Below are positions 53,616 through 64,000 of a stretch of 64,000 bases of DNA, one piece after another. The notes beneath the pieces are model-generated. The model was not told where the DNA came from. It saw only the letters and a program-made list of their open reading frames with translations, and made no database searches. Source of the stretch: Chiloscyllium plagiosum (Eukaryota); the NCBI RefSeq assembly GCF_004010195.1, contig NC_057728.1, positions 48,394,077-48,458,076 of the forward strand, in the 5' to 3' direction. Made by a program: the position numbers and the translations under genes. How positions within the stretch are numbered: position 1 is the stretch's first letter; each line of letters begins with the position of its first letter.

Positions 53616-54681
53616 CAGGGTGGGAGGAATGCAGATCAAGGGAGCATAATCTTAAAATTATAGCTATGCCATTCCGAAATCAGGAGGCACCTTCTTCCTG
53701 CAATAAAAACCATCAGTCATGAAGGGATTTTTGTACGAGTCAAATGAAGTTCAGTATAACAGCTAGAGTTTAACAAAAGACTCAAAACTTTCCAAAACAA
53801 AAATAAATGATTTACATCAAGCCTACATTTTAAAATAGACAAATGAATTCAAGTGGCAAGTACTATATCTTTGCTTTTTTTCATTAAGGCTTGAATGCCT
53901 TGGATCTTCACTATTTTCACATATTCCCTGCAACTAGCATGTCACAGTCATCTGTGAATATTTTAGGAGGTTTAAAATGCCATAACAGTCAGATTTATGA
54001 TTATCATCAGGAATTGATCAAAGAAAAGTGCTTCCTATCTTCTAGTACATCACCTTGAAAACAAAAGAGAGCTAAATATATCTGCCGCCAATTGAATATT
54101 GGGAAGACTGAAGTCGCTGTTTTCACCGTCTGCTCCAACACTATTCCTGAGCTACCTATTCCATCTCTTGTTCTCACAACAGTCTGAGACAAAGTCAGTC
54201 TATTTGAAACCTTGGTATCATACATGATCCTGAGAGAAGCTTCCTCCAAATCATGCTACCAATAAGATCACCCACTTCAATCTCCATAACATTACCTGAC
54301 TGCCCATTTCTCAGCTCATCTGCCACTCAAACCCTTATTCAAGCCTTTGCTTCCTCTAAACTTGGTAATTCTAGCGGAATCCCTGATCTGGCCTCCCACA
54401 TTCTACCTTCAGTAAACTTGAGGTTATCCATGTCTTAACATGCACTAATCCTCTACGACCTCACCTGCAACGGTTTCTGCACAAACAACGGCTTGATTTT
54501 GAGAATGTCATCCACGAGTTCAAATCCCTCCATGGCCTTAATACACCCTATCTCCCCCAGCCTTTGACTCTTTAAGGTCTCTATGCTCCTCTAGCTCTGG
54601 CCTCTTGGGCATTTACAATTTTACTTCCAACAGTTCAATAACCTAAGCTTCAATCTCTGGAATATGCTCCAACACCCCTCT

Positions 54682-54793
54682 GGATTAGTGGTGCTGGAAA
54701 AGCACAGCAGTTCAGGCAGCATCCGAGCAGTAAAATCAACGTTTCGGGCAAAAGCGCTTCATCAGGAATGCAGGCAGAGTGCCTGAAGGATGG
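54682..54793 (-). mobile_element. 112-bp PLE-derived insertion with 11-bp target-site duplication
   Basis: aacacccctct at 54671-54681 and 54794-54804. Confidence 0.88.
54733..54770 (-). ncRNA. Minimal type I hammerhead ribozyme motif (PLE-type)
   Basis: cauuc-CUGAUGA-a-GCGC-uuuu-GCCC-GAAA-C-GUU-gauuu: all core nucleotides present, one stem II mismatch, loopless stem III. Confidence 0.7.
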
Positions 54794-55279
54794 AACACCC
54801 CTCTTCCTACCTAGCTCACTTTCCTCATTTGAGATACACTTAAAATTTATCTCTGGCTATAAAAGGGGGAACATGACTTCGGCATGGATTCTACGTGCTG
54901 CATCCTTTGAAGCATCCTGTGCTGGGTTTGGATGGATCCCACATAGGAAAAATGGCCATTCAAAAAAAAGGAAAAAAGGTAGGCAATTTATTTGCTTAAC
55001 TGACATCAGCAAAAGGAGTGCCAATTCTGACTAGAAGATTTGGGTCAATATCTCATGTGACTTGGTGTGGTAATTTGTTTTATAAAATTCCTGTGAACAT
55101 GTTAAAAGAATCTGTTATTACATTTGTTGAAACAAAAACTGTTCCTTTAAGAACAACTTTTACATTAAAAGCTCTTTGTAAGGATGTTTGAAGCAAAGGA
55201 CTCTTGTGCCTTACAATGGAACACAGGAAAAGGAGTCAGCCATTCAGCTTTTCAGGGTGATCCACTGTTGTATTAAGTT

Positions 55280-56790
55280 GTGTAAAGCCTTTGACAAGGT
55301 TCCACATGGTAAATTAATTAGTAAAGTTAAATCACATGGGATTCAGGGTGAGCTTGCCAATTGGATTAAAAGAATTGGCTTTATGGTGGAGATAAAAGAT
55401 GGTGGTGGATAGTTTTTTGGACTGGAGACCTGTGACCAGTGGTGTTCCATAGGGATCGATGCTGGGTCCACTTTTGATGGTCATTTATATAATTGATTTG
55501 GATGAGAGTATAGGAGGCATGATCAGTAAGTTTGCAGATGACACCTCAATTGGTGGTATAGTGGACAGTGAAGCAGGTCATCTAAGATTACAAAGAAATT
55601 TTGATGAATTGGATCAATGGGCTGAGGAGTGGCAGATGGAGTTAATTGGGATAAATGTGAGGTATTACATTTTGGTAATACAAACAAGGACAGGACTTAT
55701 ACAATTAAAGGTTGGGCTTTGGGTAGTGTTGTAGAGACCTAGGGATTCAGATTCAGAATTCTTTTTGAAATATGCATCGCAGGTAGACAGGGTAGTTAAG
55801 AAGGTGTTTAGCACATTTGCCTTCATTGCTCAGACCTCTGAGTATAGGAATTGGGATGTCACGATGAGGTAGTACAAGACATTGGTGAAGCCTCAACTGG
55901 AGTACTGTGCAGTTCTGGTCACCCTGTTATGGGAAGGATATTATTAAACTGGAGAGGGTTCAGAAAAGATTTATCAGGAATGGAGAGCTCGAGATATAAA
56001 AATAGACTGGAAAGGCTGGGACATTTTTCCACTGGAACGTTGGAGATTGAGGAGTAACCTTATTGATTTTTATAAAATCATGAGGCAGCAGCAGAGTGGT
56101 TAGCAGTGCTGCCTCACAGCACCAGAAACCCAGGTTCAGTTCTAGCTTCAGGAGACTGTGTGTGGAACTTGCACATTCTCCCCATATCTGCGTGGGTTTC
56201 TTCCGGGTGCTCCGGTTTCCTCCCACAGTCCAAATATGTGCAGGTTGGTATATTGGCCATGCTAAACTGCCCATAGTGTCAAGGGATATGTAGGTTAAGT
56301 GGATCAGCCATGGTGAATGCAGGAGTTATGGGGTAGGGTAAGGGTTGGTCTGCGTGGGATGCTCTTCAGAGGGTCGGAGTGGACTCGAACTGGATGGCCT
56401 GCTCCCACACTGTTGGGATTCTATGAAAGGCATAGATACAATGAAATGACAAGGGTCTTCTTCCCAGGGTGGAAGAGTTCAAAATTTGGGGGCATATTTT
56501 TAAAGTGAGAGGAGAAAGGTTTAAAAAGGACACAATGGCCAACTTTTTTTTTTAAAACACAGGAACACAGGGAGTGGTTCATGTGTGGAATGAACAGCCA
56601 GACAAAGGTGAAGGATGCAGGTACAGTTACAATATTTAAAAGACATTTAGATAAATGTGTGAATAGGAAAGGTTTGGAGGGATATGGTGCAAGTGCAAGC
56701 TGGTGGGACTAGTTTAGTTTGTGAACATGGTCAACATGGACTGGTTCAATTGAAGGGTCTGTTTCATGCTGTATGACCCTATGACTCAAA
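55280..56790 (+). mobile_element. CR1/HER1-type LINE 3' half, interrupted by a SINE
   Basis: KAFDKVPHGKL, GVP*GSMLGPLL and SKFADDT motifs; 3' UTR ends ctatgact. Confidence 0.9.
56083..56426 (+). mobile_element. HE1/V-SINE nested in CR1
   Basis: gtggttagcagtgctgcctcacagcacc...caggttcagttc head, V-domain and gggattctatga tail. Confidence 0.88.
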
Positions 56791-57009
56791 CCAATCTTTG
56801 CTGTGTCCCTCAACAGCCTGAAGTAATAAATAAGTTGGAAATTTCAATTGGCCCAGCATGCATGGTGATTAGTGGGAAAGAGTTTCAGATTTGCACTACG
56901 CGGACTTAAAACATACGTTCTGATTTCATTACTGAATAGCACAACTCTAATTTTAAGATTATTCTCCAACACTTTGCACGCCTCCAGTAGAGGAAATATC
57001 AACACTGTC

Positions 57010-58030
57010 AAAGGCATGTGGCAAGTAATATTCATATCACTCAAGCACCATGCAATGCCCTCTCCAACAAGAGAGAATCTAACCATTGTCAACATTAAAA
57101 TGGCATTACCATTACTGAATTCCCCACTATCAACATTCTGAGGTTACCACTGGACTAACCATATAAAAACAGTGGCTCCAGGAGTAGGACATATAGAGTT
57201 GTAGAGATGTACAGCATGGAAACAGACCCTTTGGTCCAACTCAATCATACTGACTTGATATTATAAATTAATCTAGTCCCATTTACCAGCATTTGGTCCA
57301 TATCCCTCTAAATATTTCCTATTCATATACATATCCAGATGTTGTCATTGTACCAGCCTCCACCACTTCCCCTGGCAGCTCATTCCATACATGCACCACC
57401 TTCTGCGTGAAAAAGTTGCCCCAAGGTCCCTTTTAAAACTTTCTCCTCTCACCCTAAATCTATGCCCTCTAGTTCTGGACTCCCCCAACCCAGGGAAAAG
57501 ACCTTGTCCAATTACCCTATCCATGCCCCTTGCTAGCAATCTTGCAATTATCTCATCTGACTCCTCAGAGCCTATCTAACATTTACAAGACAAGTCAGCA
57601 GTGTGATGAAATACTCTTCACTTGCCTGGATGAATGCTGCTCCAACAAGCAGCTTAATACCATCCAAGACAAAGCAGCCAGCGTGATTAGCCCCACATCC
57701 ACAAACATCCACTCCCTCCACCACCAATGCTCAGTAGTAGCACTATGTACCATATACAAGATGCACTACAGAAATTCATCAAGGCTCCTGGGATAGCACC
57801 TTCCAAACCCACTACCATCAAGGCAGACAAGGGCAGCACAATACATGGGAACACCACCACCATTCCTTCACTGCCACTGGGTCAAAATCCTGGAATAGGA
57901 CTGAGGATCTACCTATCGCAAACAGACTGCAGCAGCTCAAGGAGGAAGCTCATCCCACTTTCTCAAGAGTAACCAGGAATGGGTAACAAATGCTGGCTGG
58001 CTCAGCCAGCAATGTGAATGAATGAATAAA
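57010..58030 (+). mobile_element. 3' portion of the tRNA-headed LINE family with a nested minus-strand CR1 end (about 57190-57530)
   Basis: Resembles 44420-45180; the nested part is the reverse complement of 24230-24560. Confidence 0.75.
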
Positions 58031-58539
58031 AAAATCAAAATCTTTACTTGAAATACCTTGATTAATCGCCAGCATCACTCTGGTGAGTCTATGCTGTAGC
58101 AATCCAACGGCTTTTTTTTTTTGAGGTTTGCAGTTCTAAACAGTTCGGTTTGATGCAGTAACGGAAAATTGGAAAACCACTTTCTCACCTTTTATATTCC
58201 TTTGAGATAATGACCAGCATTCTATTAGCTTTTCCTGCATATTAGATTTTCACAAATCTCAAAAATCTATGACCTCAAAAAATGTCCGAAATAGAAGATG
58301 AATGCTTCATTCAGAGCTACCAAAATTGCACCAATTCTTGCCCATAATATTTGACACTCAATTAACACCACAAAGAGATGATTTGTGGTTATTATCATAT
58401 TGCTGATTGCAGGATTTGCTATCTTTCCTGTTATAACAGGATCAACATTTTGAAAAGTATGTCCTTGCCAGTGAGATGCTTTGAGATGTCCAATAATCAA
58501 AAAATCCAGTACATAAATGCAAACTTATGCTATATATAC

Positions 58540-58955
58540 ACAGGCTGGGGCTGTTTTCCCTGAAGTGTCGGAGGCGGAGGGGTGACCTTATAGAGGTTTA
58601 TCAACCTACAGGGCATGGATAGGGTAAATAGAAAAGGTCTTTTCCCTGGGTTGGGGCTGTCTAGAACGAGAGGGCATAGGTTTAGGGTAAGAGCGGAAAG
58701 ATTTAAAATGGACATAAGGGGCAAGCTTTTCATGCGAAGGGTGGTAGGTGTATGGAATGAGCTGCCAGAGGTGGTGGGGTAAGCTGGTACAATTACAACA
58801 TTTAAAGGGCATCTGGATGGGTACATGAAAAGGAAGGGTTTTGAGGGATATGGGCCACGTGCTGGCAAACGGGACTAAATTAATTTAGGCAATCTTGGCA
58901 GCATGAATGAGTTGGACCAAAGGGTCTGTTTCCGTGCTGTACATCTCTATGTCTC
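58540..58955 (+). mobile_element. CR1/HER1-type LINE 3' end
   Basis: Very similar to 24160-24560. Confidence 0.88.
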
Positions 58956-59799
58956 TCAGTTCATCGTTGTAGAGAAAGTAATCTATTCTGTCCTTGACAA
59001 ATCAAATTGAAATTTATATATTCAACAGATTGCTATCTCATACAACATGTTTACATATTGTAAAACACTCAGTAAATTATTTTGATATGGACTAGTGTGC
59101 TGATTCCAATCTGCAGTGGCATGTTAAAACTCCATTACAATATGCTTCATTCATTACACAACAATTAGTTTTTGCATCTACTGTGTACAATTTACCACTT
59201 CACAGCTGTCACTAGGGGGCCTACATACAACAGTAGCATGGATAGGAATCAAAGAACAAAGAAAGCCATTGAAGTGAACTTGTATAAAATTGCTGCATGG
59301 CTTTAAATCATCAGAATGGGAATATCAAAATTACTGTACTGGAAATCCTTAAGATAGGGGAGTTAATTGAACAGGAATGCAGACAACAATGTGGAGAGAT
59401 TCCAGATTAGGTTGGGTGGAGCTCAAAGAAAACAGCTTAGAAGACATTCCGGAGTCTGGACATGAGAATAAAATGGAAAATGCTTTCAGCTTTGTAATAT
59501 AAAGACACAGGTTGGTAACATATCAGAAATGGAATGAAAATTGGTGCAAGGGCAAGATCCGGCAAAGAATATGAAGGAAACAAAGGTAACAAACTGAAGG
59601 AATGACAGCCATTGAGTAACTTTTTAAAGGTTTAACTGGAGGGGGAATTGGGAATTAAAAATTGAAGATTTAGCCTTTTTTCCAATTTGCAAAGGAGAGC
59701 AGCTCAAAGATGAACAATGGGATGATGCTGTTCATGGCCACAATTAAGTGATTAGAGATACGTGATCATACTTTGAAAGTCTGCTCAACATATTTGCTT

Positions 59800-62700
59800 T
59801 TTTAAAATTCGTTCATGAGATGTGGGCATCGCAGGCTGGCCTGCAATCTTAAGGTCCATCCTTAGATGCCCTTAAGATGATGGTGGTGAGCTGCTTTCTT
59901 GAACCGTTGTAGTCCACATGCAGTGGGTTCACCCACAATGTCATCAGGGAGGGAATTCCAGGATTTTGACCCAGCAAGAGTGAAAGAATAGTGATATATT
60001 CCCAAGTCAAGGTGGTGAGGGGCATGGAGGGAAACTTGCAGGTGGTGGTGTTCCCATGTATTGACTGCCCTTATCCTTCTAAATGGAAGTGGTCATGAGT
60101 TTGGAAGGTACTGACTGAGGATCTTTGATGAATTTCTTCAGTGCATCCTTTAGATAGCAAACACACTGCTGCTACTGAGCGCCACTGGAGGGGGAGTGGA
60201 TATTTGTGAAAGTGGTACCAATCAAGCAGGCTGCTTTGTCCTGGCTGATGTCAAGCTTCTTCAGTATTGTTGGAGCTGCATTCATCCAGACAAACGGGGA
60301 GTAATCCATGATGATCATTCCATCTTTAGATGATAGACAGCCTTTGGGGAGTCAGGTGGTAAGTTACTTGTCACAATATTACTTGCAATTGCCTCTGACC
60401 AGCTATTTGTTTAATGTGGCGAGTTCAATTGGGTTTATGGTCAACAATAGCCCTAAGGAAGTTGATAAAAGGGGATTCAGCGGTGATAACACCACTGAAT
60501 GTCAAAGGGTGGTGGTTAGTGGCCTCTTATTGGAGAAAGTCACTGCCTGGCATTTAGGTGGCGTGAATGTTACTTGTCTTGTTAGCCAAAGCCTGGATAT
60601 TGCCCAGATTTTGTGGCATTTGACCATGAACTACTTCAGCATCTGGGGAGTCATGAATGGTGCTGAACATTGTGCAATCATCAGCGAACATCCCCATTTC
60701 TGACCTGATGATATTGGGAAGGTTATTGATGAAGCAGTTGAAGACGATTGGTCCTAAGGAACTCCTAATGAGATGTCCGAATCCAGCAACCACAACCATC
60801 TTATGTTTCAGGTATGCCTCCAATCAGCAGAGAATTTACCCCTTGATACCCATTGACTCCAGTTTTACTATAGTTTCTTGGTGCCACACTGGGTTGAATG
60901 TGGTCTTGATGTCAAGAACTTTACTCTCACCACACCAATGGAATTCAACTCTTTATAGCCTTGGTTCAAGCATGGCCAAATGTGGTCAGGAGCTGAGTGA
61001 AACTGGGCATCATGGAGCAGGTTATTGATGAGCACCTTACATCTTATTATTGATGATAGAGAGTAAACTGACGAGCTGGTAATTGGCCAAATTGAATTTG
61101 TGCTGTGTTGTGTGTCTAGGACATATCTGGGCAATTTTCCACCTTGTTGGGTAAAATGCCAGTGCTAAAACTGTACTGGAGAGCTTGACTAATGGAGTGG
61201 CAAGTTCTGGAGCACAAGCCTTCAGTATTATTGCTGGAATGTTGTCAGGGCCCATAGTCTTTGCTGTGTCCAGTGTCTCCAGCCATTTCTTGATATCATG
61301 TAGAATGAATGGAATTAGCTGAAGTCTGGTCTCTAACGATGGGGACCACTGGTGGAGGCGGCGATGAATCATTCATTCAGCATTTCTGACTGAAAACTGC
61401 TGGGAATGCTTCAGCCTTATCTTTTGCACTGGCACATATTGGGCTCTTCCATCACTGAGTTGTTTAATTGTCCACTACCATTCATGGCCGGATGTGGCAG
61501 GACTGCAGAGCTAAGATCTGATCTATTGGTGGGGCATCACTTAGCTCTATTACTTGCTGCTTATGCTGTTTGGCATACAAACAGTCCTGTTGGTGGCTCA
61601 TAGATTAATATCTCATTTTAATGTACACCTGGCGCTGCTCCTGGCATGCCCTCCAGTACTCTCCATTGAATCAGAGTTGATCACCTGGTTTGGCGGTAAT
61701 GGTTAAGTGGGGAATATGCCAGGCCATGAAGTTGCAAATTGAGCTGGAGTACAATTCTGCTGATGTGGATGGCTCTCAGTATCTCATGTATGTCCAGTCT
61801 TGAAGTGCCAGATCCGTTCAAAGTCTATCCCATTTAGCACGGTGATAGTGCTACACAACACTCTGACAATACTATGGTTTTAAGAGGTTTATTTTGGCTT
61901 GAGTATTTTTTAATGAAGAAATGTCAATAGAGAGGTGTCGTGTAGTCTATTCATAGCCACTAGAGTAAACAGTTTGTGAAACCTTGAGATTTTTTTTAAA
62001 ATTGGAACACAGAAACAGCTGAATTGGTGGGGTCAAGCTCCCGCAGAACCAGGATTTTTAGTTTTAGTAATAGCAATTGCTGGGGTCTTGAAACTGGGTT
62101 TGGAAGCTATAGTACATTTCTCCCTGCTACTCTCGCTCTGAATTTTCCCTTGATCTGTTTCCTACTGGACAGTGGAATTGAATGAGAGACAACCTATTTT
62201 TCTGAATTTGCCTTTGCCCAGGGTGTAGTTATAGAATATTACTATATTTGGGACAATTAATCAGTAGTTAATATATTTTATTAAGCATTTTGATAATTAC
62301 AGTGAAGCCAACTCCTTCGTTTTGATCTTACTTTGTGTGTAATTGTAACTATAGTGTGTGAATAAAGTACATTTTGCTTCAAATTTGGTAGTTTGACCTA
62401 TCCATACTGCAATGCCTGGCACTTGCCTTTAAAAGAAGAAAAAAATTACGGTCTAGAATATCTTAATATATTTTGAGGAGGTTTGGTCTGGTCCAAAACA
62501 ACACAATGGAAGGCTGAATTTTGCCTCTGCAAGGACTGTGCGGCAATTTTTCTTACCGGTCCTATCATGTACAGATGCAAATGCAGCTGAAGATTGGTAA
62601 GGATGAAATCAAGTACGCTTTTCCCTCTTGTTGGTTCCCTTACCATCCATGGGGGTCTGTTCAGTTATCAAACTCTGTTGGTGCCTCAAATAAATGTAAA

Positions 62701-63572
62701 TATAATCTTGTACAAGTAAAAGATGTCTTTGGTTTGTTGGATGGATAGAATCAAACTCTGATGTTTGTTTTGTTTTCTTCATATGCTACTGTACTGAACC
62801 AAACTACTTTAGTGACTATGTATGTATACAAAGATATTTCATGAATAAGGTATATTTTTGAAATAGAAAAAACCTGCCACAGACCAGTCTAGCAGCTAAT
62901 GGGGGAGGACTGTATATGGTAATCAGTAGGAGGTTTCCTTGCCCATGTTTCACCTGAAGCCATGAGACTTCATGGAGTCCAGAGTCAACTTTGAAGACTC
63001 TGAGGGCAACTCCCTCCTGACCATGTATCATTGTGCTGGCACGTCTGTCAGGCCTGTACGGCCAGTGGGACAGGACATATTCAGGGATAGTAACAGTGTG
63101 TCTGGGACATTGCCAGTAAGGTACGATTCCAGGATTATGCCTATGTCAGGCTATTGTTTAATTAGTCTGCAAGACACTTCTCCAATTTTGGAACTAGCCC
63201 CCAGATGTTAGTAACAAAGACTTTGAAGGGTCGACAGGGCTGTTACTGCCATTGTCTTTTCTGGTGCCTAGGTCAATGTGGGGTGGTTTACCTGGTTTCA
63301 TTTCTTTTTTTTAAATTTCGTAGCGATTGATACAACTGAGTAACTTGCTAGACAACCACATTGCTATGTGGTCTAGAGTCACATGCAGACCAGGTGAGGA
63401 CATTAGTGAGCCAGATGGGTTTTTCTGACAATTGACAGTGGTTTCATGGTCATTGGTGGATTCAAATTCCGCCATCTGCTGTGCTGGGATTCAAACCCAG
63501 GACCCCAGAAAATTAGCTGAGTTTCTGTATTAATAGTTGAGCAATAAAACCAGTAGACCATTGTTTCTCCTT
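59800..63572 (-). mobile_element. Second near full-length copy of the tRNA-headed LINE
   Basis: ORF remnants SLGPIVFNCFINNLP...MFADDCTMF, KTMGPDNIPAIILKACAPELATPL and VREPTRGKSVLDFILTN; same head as 41487. Confidence 0.87.
61862..62500 (+). mobile_element. Probable solo LTR (639 bp) inserted in the LINE, 4-bp target-site duplication ACAC
   Basis: acac at 61858-61861 and 62501-62504; ends in CA and starts TCTGAC (possibly mutated TGTGAC); internal AATAAA near 62361; removing it restores LINE continuity. Confidence 0.65.
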
Positions 63573-63724
63573 CTGGAAACACAGATTAATTAACAACAGC
63601 AGAGCAGCAAGGACAGGACAGTGGCAGTAGGAATTTGCTTTATTCACAGAATGGTAACTATCACTCTGACAAATACAGAAAAACGGGTGTTTTTCAGTGA
63701 AAAAAAAGACACGCAGGTCATAAA

Positions 63725-63920
63725 TACAACAAAAACAGAAAGTGCTTGAAAAACTCAGCAGGTCAGGCAGCATCTGTCAAGAGAAATCAAAGTTAACGTT
63801 TCAGGTCTGGTGACCCTTAACATTAACTTTAATTTCTCTGCATAGATGATGCCAGACCTGCTGAGCTTTTCCAGCAACTTATATTTTTATTTCTGATTTA
63901 AAGCATCTGCAGTTCTTTAG
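63725..63920. mobile_element. Palindromic PLE-derived mini-element with truncated hammerhead
   Basis: aaaactcagcaggtcaggcagcatct / agatgatgccagacctgctgagctttt arms; minus strand agggtcaccagacctGAAAcgttaac. Confidence 0.75.
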
Positions 63921-64000
63921 ATTTTTATTTAGCGAATCAAAAATGGATACTGAAGCTCAACTGCACCTGACAGGAAAAAAAAAGTACTATAGAAACTCAA

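Larger units (their letters stand above)
54050..54860 (+). mobile_element. Degraded L2-type LINE 3' portion, interrupted by the PLE mini-insert
   Basis: LNIGKTE and ATQTLIQAFASSKL remnants, resembling the L2 RT C-terminus. Confidence 0.65.

Noticed and set aside
63513..63773. ORF containing QSDSYH, considered as the upstream CNOT2 exon (VDSDYHDENMYY)
   Set aside because: No extended similarity; it spans repeat fragments, so the true upstream exon is probably outside the window

Overview
Eukaryotic, intron-dominated vertebrate DNA, most likely from a shark (inferred from HE1-type V-SINEs, SacSINE1-like Deu-SINEs and HER1/CR1 LINEs). The window lies inside the CNOT2 gene (CCR4-NOT subunit 2) on the minus strand. 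Six consecutive coding exons (70, 148, 183, 80, 126 and 125 nt; 732 nt, 244 codons) splice in frame at GT-AG boundaries; the 5' exons and the NOT-box exons lie outside the window. The introns are filled with decayed retroelements. Three things stand out. (1) About a dozen Penelope-like element (PLE) remnants from four sequence families carry minimal hammerhead-ribozyme motifs (CUGANGA-stem II-GAAA-palindromic stem III-NUH). They often form inverted mini-elements with target-site duplications, and most are in the CNOT2 sense orientation. One copy (54733-54770) keeps the whole catalytic core. (2) A LINE without a visible ORF1 begins with a tRNA-like Pol III head in three separate copies, and an abundant local SINE is that LINE's 5' end joined to its 3' end. 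(3) A TE-poor AT-rich island in the 24-kb intron holds candidate stop-containing (poison) exons. All assignments come from reading the sequence and from remembered family motifs; no searches were run, and repeat boundaries are approximate.
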